Below, piece after piece: positions 48,023-56,613 of a DNA stretch of 56,613 bases (position 1 is its first letter; each line of letters opens with the position of its first letter). This DNA is from Microbacterium sp. (GTDB lineage Bacteria; Actinomycetota; Actinomycetes; Actinomycetales; Microbacteriaceae). The stretch lies in contig DASSYC010000127.1 in the NCBI GenBank assembly GCA_035703465.1, forward strand, positions 1 through 56,613, read 5' to 3'. The notes under the pieces are model-generated. The model worked only from the letters and a program-made list of their open reading frames with translations. It was not told where the DNA came from and did not search any database. The position numbers were made by a program, and so were the translations under genes.

Positions 48023-50602
48023 TCAGAGCGGACGCGTGGAGAAGCTCACGACCTTCGGCGGGCGCACGACGGTCTTGACGACCTCGCGGCCCTCCAGCGA
48101 CCGCTGCACGCGCGCGTCGGCACGGGCGAGCTCCTCGAGCTCGCCGCCGTCGATGCGCGCCGGCACGTCGATGGTCGCGCGCACCTTGCCGTCGATCTGC
48201 ACGACGGTGGTCACGGTCTCCTCCACCAGCAGCGCGGCATCGGGCTGGCGCCAGGGCTCCAGGCCGACGAACGGCTCGTGGCAGAGCATCTCCCACATCT
48301 CCTCGGCGGTGTGCGGCGCGAACAGGTCGACGATCATCGCGATCGCCTCCGCGGCCTCCCGCACGGCGGGGTCGGCGGGCCCGGCGCCCGAGTCGATCGT
48401 CTTGCGCGTGGCGTTGACCAGCTCCATCAGGCGCGCCACCACGACGTTGAACTTCGTCTGCTCGATCAGGCCCGGCACGTCGGCCCACAGGTGGTGGGTG
48501 AGGCGCCGCAGCGCCTCGTCGCCCTCCGCCCACACGGCACCGGGGGCCGAGGTCACGTCGTGGGCGACGCGCCAGGCGCGGGCGAGGAACTTCTGGGCGC
48601 CCGTGGTCGACACGTCCTCCCAGTCCATATCGTCCTCGGCGGGGCCGGCGAACGCGATCGCGGTGCGCACCACGTCGGCTCCAGGATCGCGCATGCTCGC
48701 GGCGAACTCGACGAGGTTCCCCTTGCTCTTGGACATCTTCGAGCCGCCCAGCAGCACCATGCCCTGGTTGATGAGCGTGGAGAACGGCTCGGTGAAATCG
48801 ATGAGCCCCATGTCGTAGAGCACCTTGGTGATGAACCGCGCGTACAGCAGATGCAGAATGGCATGCTCGACGCCGCCGATGTACGAGTCCACAGGCGCCC
48901 AGCGATCGGACTCCTTCGACGAGAACGCCTCGGTCTCATCCCCCGGGGACAGGAACCGCAGGAAGTACCACGAGCTGTCGACGAAGGTGTCCATGGTGTC
49001 GGGGTCGCGCTGCGCCGGCTCGCCCGTCTCGGGGTCGACCGTCGCCATCCACTCGGTGGCGCCGCCCAACGGCGAAGTGCCCTTCGGCGCCAGGTCGAGC
49101 CCCTCGGTCTCGGGGAGGGTCAGCGGCAGCTGGTCGTCGGGCACCGGGACGATGCGGCCATCCTGGGTGTGGATCATCGGAATCGGCGTTCCCCAGAAGC
49201 GCTGCCGGGAGATCAGCCAGTCGCGCAGGCGAAAGTTCTTCGCCGCGCGACCGGTGCCGGCGGCCTCGAGCTCGTCGATGACGCGCGCGATCGCGTTCCG
49301 CTTGCTCAGCCCATCGAGCGTGGCGGAATTGACCATGCGCCCCTCGCCGGTCAGCGCGATGCCGGTGACGGCCGGATCGATGTCGCCCAGCGAGGGACCG
49401 GGGTCGATCGGCACGCCGTCGTCGTCGAGCTCGATCACGGGGATCGCGCCGGTGATCGGCGCCGTCGTGTCCACGACCATGCGCACGGGCAGGTCGAAGG
49501 CACGCGCGAAGTCGAGGTCGCGCTGGTCGTGGGCGGGCACGCCCATGACCGCCCCGTGGCCGTAGTCGGCCAGCACATAGTCCGCAGCCCAGATCGGCAG
49601 CCGCTCCCCGTTGACGGGATTGACCGCGTAGCGCTCCAGGAACACGCCGGTCTTCGGCCGGTCGGTGCTCTGCCGCTCGATCTCAGTCTGGCGCTGCACG
49701 CGGGTCAGGTAGTCGTCGAAGCGAGCGCGCACCTCTGCCGGTGCGCTCTGCGTCAGCTCGGCGGCAAGATCGCTGTCGGGCGCGACCACGAAGAACGTGG
49801 CGCCGTGCAGCGTGTCCGGACGCGTCGAGAACACCGTCACCACCTCGTCGCGACCCTCGATCGCGAAGTCGATGTCGGCGCCGCTGGAGCGCCCGATCCA
49901 GTTGCGCTGCATCTGGATCACCTTGTGCGGCCAGAAACCCTCGAGCTGGTTGAGGTCGTCCAGCAGCCGGTCGGCGTAATCGGTGATCCTGAAATACCAC
50001 TGTGTGAGCTTCTTCTTGATCACCTCGGCGCCGCAGCGCTCACAGCGTCCTTCGACGACCTGCTCGTTGGCGAGCACCGTCTGATCGTTCGGGCACCAGT
50101 TGACCGGGCTGTCCTTGCGGTAGGCGAGCCCCCGCTCGTACAGGCGCTGGAACAGCCACTGGTTCCAGCGGTAGTACTCCGGATCGCTGGTGTGCAGGAT
50201 GCGCGACCAGTCGTAGGACGATCCGTACTCGCGGAAGCTCTTCTTGTGCTGTTCGATGTTCGCGTATGTCCACTTGCGCGGGTCGGCGCCGCGCTGGATC
50301 GCCGCATTCTCGGCGGGCAGGCCGAACGAGTCCCAGCCGATCGGGTTCAGGACGTTGTAGCCGCGATGCCGCCAGAACCGGGCGACGATGTCCACGTATG
50401 CATAGCTCTCGGCGTGTCCCATGTGCAGGTCGCCGGAGGGGTACGGGAACATGCCCAGCACGTACTTGCGCGGCCGCGTGTCGTCGGCGCCGCCGGCCCG
50501 GAACGGGTCCCGCTCAGCCCAGCGCGCCTGCCACTTCCGCTGAATGGCGTACGGATCGTAGCCGTCGCTCTCGGCGACAGTGGCGGGGGTGCTTGAGGAC
50601 AC
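48023..50602 (-). CDS. leuS: Leucine--tRNA ligase
   Basis: [13 protein letters not shown] (HIGH), [16 protein letters not shown]. Start is uncertain (50602 or 50635). Confidence 0.97.
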   Translation of the reverse strand: MSSSTPATVAESDGYDPYAIQRKWQARWAERDPFRAGGADDTRPRKYVLGMFPYPSGDLHMGHAESYAYVDIVARFWRHRGYNVLNPIGWDSFGLPAENAAIQRGADPRKWTYANIEQHKKSFREYGSSYDWSRILHTSDPEYYRWNQWLFQRLYERGLAYRKDSPVNWCPNDQTVLANEQVVEGRCERCGAEVIKKKLTQWYFRITDYADRLLDDLNQLEGFWPHKVIQMQRNWIGRSSGADIDFAIEGRDEVVTVFSTRPDTLHGATFFVVAPDSDLAAELTQSAPAEVRARFDDYLTRVQRQTEIERQSTDRPKTGVFLERYAVNPVNGERLPIWAADYVLADYGHGAVMGVPAHDQRDLDFARAFDLPVRMVVDTTAPITGAIPVIELDDDGVPIDPGPSLGDIDPAVTGIALTGEGRMVNSATLDGLSKRNAIARVIDELEAAGTGRAAKNFRLRDWLISRQRFWGTPIPMIHTQDGRIVPVPDDQLPLTLPETEGLDLAPKGTSPLGGATEWMATVDPETGEPAQRDPDTMDTFVDSSWYFLRFLSPGDETEAFSSKESDRWAPVDSYIGGVEHAILHLLYARFITKVLYDMGLIDFTEPFSTLINQGMVLLGGSKMSKSKGNLVEFAASMRDPGADVVRTAIAFAGPAEDDMDWEDVSTTGAQKFLARAWRVAHDVTSAPGAVWAEGDEALRRLTHHLWADVPGLIEQTKFNVVVARLMELVNATRKTIDSGAGPADPAVREAAEAIAMIVDLFAPHTAEEMWEMLCHEPFVGLEPWRQPDAALLVEETVTTVVQIDGKVRATIDVPARIDGGELEELARADARVQRSLEGREVVKTVVRPPKVVSFSTRPL

Positions 50603-50680
50603 GGGGTGAGGCCAATCGATGCGGATGTCAGACAAGGAGACGCGGAACTTCCAGATTACCGGACGGCCCCCGGCGTGAGC

Positions 50681-51988
50681 TCACCAGCCCGGCGGCAGCA
50701 CGGCCCCCAGAGCAGCCAGCGGGGCGCGCGCCTTGATGCCGACCTCGGCGACCTCGGCGCGTGCCTCCGACCCCCAGGTGATCCCGCCGCCCGCGCCGAC
50801 GTATGCCCCGCCCGGGCGGGTCACGATGCTGCGGATGATCATCGCGAGATCGATGGTGCCGTCGTGGCCGACGTAGCCGAAGCATCCCGCGAACACACCT
50901 CGCGGGCCGCCCTCGAGCCGGTGCAGGATCGTCATCGCCGAAAGCTTGGGCGCCCCGGTCATGCTGCCCGCCGGGAAAGCGGCATCCAGCAGATCACCCG
51001 CCGTCGTGCCGGGCCGCAGCCGGCTGGAGACCGTGCTCACCAGCTGGTGCACCGCCGCATACGACTCCACCTCGAGCAGCCCTTCCACCCGGATCGAGCC
51101 GGGGGCGCTGACCCGCGACAGGTCGTTGCGCATGAGATCGACGATCATCACGTTCTCGGCGCGCTCCTTGACGCTGGCCCGCAGCTCGGCCGCGAGCGCG
51201 GCATCCTCCTGTGCGTCGGCGCCGCGCGGTCGGGTCCCCTTGATCGGGCGGGTGCGCGCGACGCCCTCGCCCACCTGCAGGAACCGCTCCGGGCTCGCGC
51301 TGAGCAGCGCCGTGTCGCCGCTGCGCACATAGCCGCCGTGGTGTGCGGGGGTCAGTGCCCGCAGTCGAAGATAGGTCGCGGCAGGATCCACCTCCCCGGC
51401 GACGGAGAACCGCGTCGTGAGGCAGAGCTGGTAGGCATCCCCCTCCCGGATGGCATCGCGGCAGCGCTCGATCAGCGCGGCATAGCGGTCGGGCAGGTGG
51501 CGAGCGTGTGCGATTCCGAGATCGGGCGCCGCCTCGTGAGCGCGCGGGATGCGGGATGCCGCGAGCAGCCGCATCTCGTCGACCCATGCGTCATCGTCGT
51601 GGCGGGCCGAGACCGCCCACAGGCGCCGTGCGGCGTGATCGACGGCGATGAACCGCTCCGCCCGCAGCCACACGCTGGGCGGCTCGCCCGGCTCGGCGGT
51701 CACCGGCGCACCCGCCGCCGCCGCGCCGCGCTCGTACCCGATCCAGCCCACCCAGCCGCCGGAGAACGGTCCGGCTGCTCCGTCGGCGGGGGCCCGCCCG
51801 GTCAGCGCGACGGATCGGACCGACCGCTCGTCGTCGGGAGCGCCCATGCCGAGCCAGCTCCAGCCATCCGTCGCGTCCGGCCCCGCATCCAGCCAGAACC
51901 CGTGCTCGGAGCCGGCCACCCACCCGGCGAACAGCACCGCAGGGTCCGTCCACCCGGACAGGGGCGCTGCGGAGAACGGCGGAGGCAT
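50681..51988 (-). CDS. pabB: Aminodeoxychorismate synthase component I (chorismate-binding enzyme)
   Basis: SASPERF, RPIKGT, KERAENVMIVDLMRND, FPAGSMTGAPK, GAGGGI. The PIKGT motif favours PabB over TrpE. Confidence 0.85.
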   Translation of the reverse strand: MPPPFSAAPLSGWTDPAVLFAGWVAGSEHGFWLDAGPDATDGWSWLGMGAPDDERSVRSVALTGRAPADGAAGPFSGGWVGWIGYERGAAAAGAPVTAEPGEPPSVWLRAERFIAVDHAARRLWAVSARHDDDAWVDEMRLLAASRIPRAHEAAPDLGIAHARHLPDRYAALIERCRDAIREGDAYQLCLTTRFSVAGEVDPAATYLRLRALTPAHHGGYVRSGDTALLSASPERFLQVGEGVARTRPIKGTRPRGADAQEDAALAAELRASVKERAENVMIVDLMRNDLSRVSAPGSIRVEGLLEVESYAAVHQLVSTVSSRLRPGTTAGDLLDAAFPAGSMTGAPKLSAMTILHRLEGGPRGVFAGCFGYVGHDGTIDLAMIIRSIVTRPGGAYVGAGGGITWGSEARAEVAEVGIKARAPLAALGAVLPPGW

Positions 51989-52041
51989 CTCCCCAGGCTA
52001 TGGCCAGGCGTCACCACAGCGCCGGGTCCTAGGCTCGGGCT

Positions 52042-52704
52042 GTGAACGAGTTCCTGACGTGGATGCTCGATCTGGTGCAGAGCGTGGATCCGCTGGCCCG
52101 TGTGCTGCTGGCAGGATTCGCGATGATGCTCGAGACGAGCGTGCTGGTCGGGCTCGTGGTGCCCGGCGACACCGTCGTCATCGTGGCCGCGACCGCCGTC
52201 GACTCGGTGTGGGCGGGCCTCGCGCTGGGCATCGCGGTGGTCGTCGGCGCGCTTGTCGGCGAGAGCATCGGCTTCTGGCTGGGCCGCTACCTCGGACCGA
52301 AGATCCGCTATTCGCGGGTGGGCGCCCGGATCGGCGAGCACAACTGGAAACGCGCGGAGCTGTATCTGCGACGGCGCGGCGGTCCTGCCATCTTCATCTC
52401 CCGATTCCTGCCCGTGCTGCACTCCCTGGTTCCCCTGACGGTCGGGATGAGCGGCTTCGGCTACCGCCGGTTCCTGGCCTGGACCGCCCCGGCATGCGCA
52501 CTGTGGGCGGGTCTGTACATCTCGGTCGCGGCCGTCGCCGCGGGCACCTACCGCGACCTCGCCGACCAGCTGCACTTCGCGGGGTTCATCTTCGTGGGGA
52601 TCATCGTCCTGTTCCTCGTCGCCGTCTACATCGCGCGGCGGCTCCTGCAGCGTGCCGAGGCCAAGCACCTCTCACTGGAGTCGGAGGAGGACGTGGAAGA
52701 CTGA
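52042..52704 (+). CDS. DedA-family membrane protein
   Basis: ETSVLVGLVVPGDT, GESIGFWLGR, ISRFLPV. Confidence 0.92.
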   Translation: MNEFLTWMLDLVQSVDPLARVLLAGFAMMLETSVLVGLVVPGDTVVIVAATAVDSVWAGLALGIAVVVGALVGESIGFWLGRYLGPKIRYSRVGARIGEHNWKRAELYLRRRGGPAIFISRFLPVLHSLVPLTVGMSGFGYRRFLAWTAPACALWAGLYISVAAVAAGTYRDLADQLHFAGFIFVGIIVLFLVAVYIARRLLQRAEAKHLSLESEEDVED

Positions 52705-52708
52705 GGGG

Positions 52709-53743
52709 ATGCCCGAGTCGACCACCGCTGCCGCGCCCCCGAAGGTGCTCTGGCTGGCCCGGATCGAGTACCGCTATCACGCGTGGCGCGAACGGCGAGC
52801 CCGCGCGCGCGGGCTCACCCCGACGGTCGCAGCCTTTCCCGGGTACGGCTCGGTCGACTGGGTCCGCGTCGTCGGGCGCGTGCTGATCGTCCCGCCGCGC
52901 CGGCGCAGCGACGGCGAATTCGCCAGCGTTCGCGGCTGGCGCAGCTTCGCGAGCATCCCGATCGGCTTCGCCCAGGTCTCCATCACGATCGCGGGGCAGA
53001 CGCACGAGGTTGTCTCGGACCGCGGGGGCGTGATCGACACCGTCATCCCGGCCACCCTGGAGCCCGGTTGGCGCACCCTGCACATGTCGGTCGAGGGCGG
53101 GGAGCCGGTGGATGCCCGCGTCTTCATCGTGGGCCCGCAGGTGCGCTTCGGCGTGGTCTCCGACGTGGACGACACGGTGATGGTCACCGCCCTGCCGCGC
53201 CCGCTCGTCGCGGCGTGGAACTCGTTCGTCGTCGACGAGCACGCGCGCCAGCCGGTCCCCGGGATGGCGGTGCTGATGGAGCGCCTGGCGCGCGAGCATC
53301 CCGGCGCACCGGTCGTCTATCTCTCCACCGGCGCCTGGAACGTCGCCCCCACGCTGGTCCGGTTCCTCCGGCGCCACCTCTTCCCGCCCGGGGCCATCCT
53401 GCTCACCGACTGGGGGCCGACCCACGATCGGTGGTTCCGCAGCGGTCGCGACCACAAGCTGTCGAACCTGCGCCGGCTGGCGGAGGAGTTCCCGCACATC
53501 GAGTGGATGCTCCTCGGCGACGACGGGCAGCACGACGACGCGATCTACACGACATTCGCCGGCGAGTACCCCGACAACGTGCGCGCGGTCGCGATCCGGC
53601 AGCTCTCCCCCGCCGAGGCCGTGCTCGCCGGCGGGCGGACGCACGTCGACGACCACAGCGCGGCCACCGTGCCGTGGGTCACCGAGTCGGACGGCGCGGG
53701 CATCCTGGAAGAGCTCGAGACGGCGGGTGTGCTCACCGGCTGA
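52709..53743 (+). CDS. App1-family (DUF2183) phosphatidate phosphatase-like HAD protein
   Basis: GVVSDVDDT (DxDxT), VPGM, YLSTG, LLGDDGQHD..IY. Confidence 0.88.
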   Translation: MPESTTAAAPPKVLWLARIEYRYHAWRERRARARGLTPTVAAFPGYGSVDWVRVVGRVLIVPPRRRSDGEFASVRGWRSFASIPIGFAQVSITIAGQTHEVVSDRGGVIDTVIPATLEPGWRTLHMSVEGGEPVDARVFIVGPQVRFGVVSDVDDTVMVTALPRPLVAAWNSFVVDEHARQPVPGMAVLMERLAREHPGAPVVYLSTGAWNVAPTLVRFLRRHLFPPGAILLTDWGPTHDRWFRSGRDHKLSNLRRLAEEFPHIEWMLLGDDGQHDDAIYTTFAGEYPDNVRAVAIRQLSPAEAVLAGGRTHVDDHSAATVPWVTESDGAGILEELETAGVLTG

Positions 53744-53765
53744 TGTCGGCGGCACCGCGTACCCT
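53744..53765 (+). promoter_or_regulatory. PafBC-type (RecA-independent DNA-damage) promoter of the SRAP gene
   Basis: TGTCGG (53744-53749)-N10-TACCCT (53760-53765), with ATG 7 nt downstream. Exact fit to TGTCGG-N10-TA-N3-T. Confidence 0.75.
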
Positions 53766-53772
53766 GGATGCC

Positions 53773-54498
53773 ATGTGCGGGCGCTTCGTCGTGGCCAGCG
53801 CGGGCTCCGAGCTCGTCTCGGTGCTGCGCGTCGATCTCGCCTCCGACGATCTGCCCGCCCCCTCGTACAACATCGCGCCGACCGACCAGGCGGCCATCGT
53901 GCTCGACTCGGCCAAGACCGACCCTCCGACACGGCGGCTCGAGTCCGCCCGCTGGGGGCTGGTGCCGGCGTGGGCGACGGATGTGAAGATCGGCTCTCGG
54001 GCGTTCAACGCCCGTGCCGAGGAGCTCGAGGACAAGCCGATGTTCCGCACCGCATTCCATAAGCGGCGCGCCGTGATTCCCGCTTCGGGCTACTACGAGT
54101 GGAAGCAGGTGCCGGGCCCGGACGGGAAGATCCAGAAGGTGCCGCACTACATCCACCCCGGTGACGGCGGCCCGATGTTCTTCGCCGGACTCTACGAGTG
54201 GTTCAAGGATCCCGCGAAGCCGGACGACGACCCCGATCGCTGGGTGCTCAGCTTCACGATCCTCACCCGCGACTCGATCGGGCGGCTCGGCTCGATCCAC
54301 GACCGCATGCCCCTGTTCCTGGATCCTGTCTTCGCCGACACCTGGCTCGATCCGTCGCTGGACAACGTGCGCGATGTGCTGGATGCCGCGATCGACGCCG
54401 CCCCGGCCCTGGCCGACGCGCTGGACGACCACACCGTCTCGAAGGCCGTGGGAAACGTCCGCAACGACTCCCCGGAGCTCATCGAGCCTGTGTCGTGA
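53773..54498 (+). CDS. SOS response-associated peptidase (SRAP/HMCES/YedK, abasic-site processing)
   Basis: N-terminal MCGRF, YNIAPT, WGLVP.W, FNARAE, GYYEW, IHDRMP. Confidence 0.95.
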   Translation: MCGRFVVASAGSELVSVLRVDLASDDLPAPSYNIAPTDQAAIVLDSAKTDPPTRRLESARWGLVPAWATDVKIGSRAFNARAEELEDKPMFRTAFHKRRAVIPASGYYEWKQVPGPDGKIQKVPHYIHPGDGGPMFFAGLYEWFKDPAKPDDDPDRWVLSFTILTRDSIGRLGSIHDRMPLFLDPVFADTWLDPSLDNVRDVLDAAIDAAPALADALDDHTVSKAVGNVRNDSPELIEPVS

Positions 54499-55582
54499 CC
54501 TCCACCGGCCGTGGCGTGCGCAGCACGTTCCGCCAGAGGTTCACGAGCATTGCGACGAAGACGATGGCCCACACGACCAGGGCGATGTAACCCTCCACAA
54601 TGCCGATGCGCTCCACCCACGGCAGTTTGTCGGTGGCGCCCAGGAAGCTGGAGCCGACGCCGTACATGCCGAGCGGGAAGACGATGCTCCACAGGGCCGG
54701 CTCGTACCGCAGCGGCACCTTGTGCCGGATGTGCCGCCAGTATCCGGCGATCACCAGCGGCGGGATGAGCCAGGTGCCCAGCGCCCAGAACAGCACCGCG
54801 GCGCCGGCGATGAGCGCTCGGGTCGCGTCGACCATCGGCGCGTTCGCCATGTCGACGATGCGCGCGCCTGCCACGACCGTGATGGCCGTCGCACCCATCG
54901 ACACCCAGTACGGCGGGGTGAAGTCCGCCGGGCGCATGCCGTAGAACAGCAGCCGCACCACGATGACCACGCCCACCACGCCGTAGAGGAAGACGCCGAT
55001 CGACCATGACACGACCGCGAGCATGGCCAGCGCCTGCCGCCAGTCGACGAACATGGGCTGCAGCGTCGCGGCCAGCACCGCGATCGCCTGGCTGCCGACG
55101 ACCCAGATGAACCAGGTGCCGTTGGCCGCCGACAGCACGGAGCCCCGGTTCTCCCGCAGCAGCAGCGCGGTCCACGGGATGAGGTAGCCCAGCACCAGCC
55201 AGGCGATCGAGCCGATGACCAGCAGCACCGCCGCCACGGCGTGCTCGCCGGCCACCGCGAGGCGACTGCCCAGCACGCAGGATGCGGCGACGAAGGTGAA
55301 GAAGGCGAACGCCTTCGCCGGATCCTCGAAGTCGGCGCGCAGCGCATCGGCGTGACGGATCGCCCGGATGATCACGAGCACGACGAGCACTGCGTAGCAG
55401 ATGGCGTCGATGACCAGCAGGATGAGCGAGAGCGCGTCCCATCCGTGGTCGGCGAGGCCGATGGAGACGATCCCGGTCCCCATGACCAGAGCGAAGTAGC
55501 CGGGGTTCAGCCCGCGCACAGCCGCATCCAGGCGACCGGCCAGGCCTGGAGCGGATCCGCCCTCTGCCCTCACCTGCCTCAC
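54479..55582 (-). CDS. TDT family (tellurite-resistance/C4-dicarboxylate, SLAC1-like) transporter
   Basis: PGYFALVMGTG, NGTWFIWVVG.Q, PPYWVSMGA, WSIVFPLGMY. Confidence 0.9.
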   Translation of the reverse strand: MRQVRAEGGSAPGLAGRLDAAVRGLNPGYFALVMGTGIVSIGLADHGWDALSLILLVIDAICYAVLVVLVIIRAIRHADALRADFEDPAKAFAFFTFVAASCVLGSRLAVAGEHAVAAVLLVIGSIAWLVLGYLIPWTALLLRENRGSVLSAANGTWFIWVVGSQAIAVLAATLQPMFVDWRQALAMLAVVSWSIGVFLYGVVGVVIVVRLLFYGMRPADFTPPYWVSMGATAITVVAGARIVDMANAPMVDATRALIAGAAVLFWALGTWLIPPLVIAGYWRHIRHKVPLRYEPALWSIVFPLGMYGVGSSFLGATDKLPWVERIGIVEGYIALVVWAIVFVAMLVNLWRNVLRTPRPVEVTTQAR

Positions 55583-55616
55583 GGTAGCGCACGTTGCGCC
55601 CGCGCGACATGAGCGC

Positions 55617-56613
55617 CTAGCCAGCCGCCTCGCAGTCCTCGCACGGGACGAGACCGCGACCGCCGGCCGCCTGTTCCAGGCGCAGCGTGGTCACGCGCAC
55701 GGCGGCCTCGTCGAGGCGCTCCGGCGTGAGGTCTCCGCCGTCCACCGCGGCGACGATCCCCTCCACGAGGTCCGCAGCGCTCCCCGCCGAGGTGAACATC
55801 ACCGCGAGCACCATGTCGTTGCCCGCCTTGAGCGCGGCCACGGCGTTGGCGACGGGGTCGCGGTAGCCGCTCACGCCACTGGCCTGCAGCATCCCGAGGT
55901 CATCGGTGATCGCCACCCCGGTGAACCCCAGCTCCTCGCGGGCGATGCGGTGCCACTCCGCCGAGAGCGACGCCGGAGCGTCGTCCACCGCCCGATAGAG
56001 CAGATGCCCGAACATCAGAAGCGGCACACCGTCCTTGATCGCCGTCGCGAACGGCACACCGTCGGACGCAGCCCAGTCCGACTTCGACATCCCCGTCGTC
56101 GGGATGCTCTGGTGCGAGTCGCCGGGAGCGGCGCCGTGTCCGGGGAAGTGCTTGACCGTCGACAGCGCCTGTCCCTGCTCACCTGTCAGAGCCGCCGCCA
56201 CCCGTTCCGCCGAGCTGTCGGGCGTCGTTCCCAGCGCACGGCTGTAGATGAACGAGCTGCGCCCGTCGGCGATGTCGGCGATGATGCCGAAGTTCACGCC
56301 GACGCCGGCGCGCTGGACGAGTGCGGCACGACCGCGGAAGGCGTCGGTGGTGGCTGTGGGCGGCTCGTCCTTCAGCGTGTTCGCCGCGGCGAAATCGTCC
56401 CACGGCAGCCGGGTGACCGCACCGCCCTCCTCGTCGATGCTGATCAGCGGCGGCAGCGCGGGGTCGATCGTCAGCGCGGCGGTGAGCCGGCGCAGGGACG
56501 ACTCGCTGCCGGGGATGTTCGCGCCCATCAGGATGAAGCCGCCCAGCGCGTTCTGCTCCATGTAGCGGTGCAGGGACGCGTCGTCGGTGGTCGGGATGTG
56601 CCCCATCACGACG
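55617..56613 (-). CDS. Glycoside hydrolase family 3 (NagZ-like beta-N-acetylhexosaminidase); 5' end outside the window
   Basis: IDEEGG.V.R, KHFPGHG....DSH, PASLS, ITDDL.M. Confidence 0.9.
   Translation of the reverse strand, partial: VVMGHIPTTDDASLHRYMEQNALGGFILMGANIPGSESSLRRLTAALTIDPALPPLISIDEEGGAVTRLPWDDFAAANTLKDEPPTATTDAFRGRAALVQRAGVGVNFGIIADIADGRSSFIYSRALGTTPDSSAERVAAALTGEQGQALSTVKHFPGHGAAPGDSHQSIPTTGMSKSDWAASDGVPFATAIKDGVPLLMFGHLLYRAVDDAPASLSAEWHRIAREELGFTGVAITDDLGMLQASGVSGYRDPVANAVAALKAGNDMVLAVMFTSAGSAADLVEGIVAAVDGGDLTPERLDEAAVRVTTLRLEQAAGGRGLVPCEDCEAAG

Overview
High-GC (about 70% by eye) actinobacterial chromosome segment; gene order and protein sequences point to Microbacteriaceae, most likely Microbacterium (inference). 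It is mostly core genome: aceE-fasR-fabD-fabH-acpP-fabF, dusB-dgt-dnaG, recO-uppS, leuA with a Leu-codon leader peptide, lepA-hemW-hrcA-dnaJ-rsmE-hit-phoH-ybeY-CNNM-era with a CIRCE operator, leuS-comEA-comEC-holA/rpsT, pabB, dedA and SRAP, plus three tRNAs (Val-TAC, a CAT tRNA that is probably Ile2, Asn-GTT). Accessory-looking parts are (i) a block behind the CAT tRNA carrying an orphan endolysin-like M23 protein, an unannotated 2OG-Fe(II) oxygenase-like protein and an atypical GmrSD-type (DUF262-DUF1524) protein, (ii) a DUF222-HNH gene with a possible 7-bp target duplication, and (iii) a frameshifted GH1 glucosidase plus MFS module. The most striking unexplained signal is window-wide: the non-palindromic heptamer GGCATCC/GGATGCC occurs about 70 times by manual tally, roughly five times a base-composition expectation, on both strands, in a window that also encodes ComEA/ComEC. 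I found no CRISPR array, integrase, transposase or rRNA.
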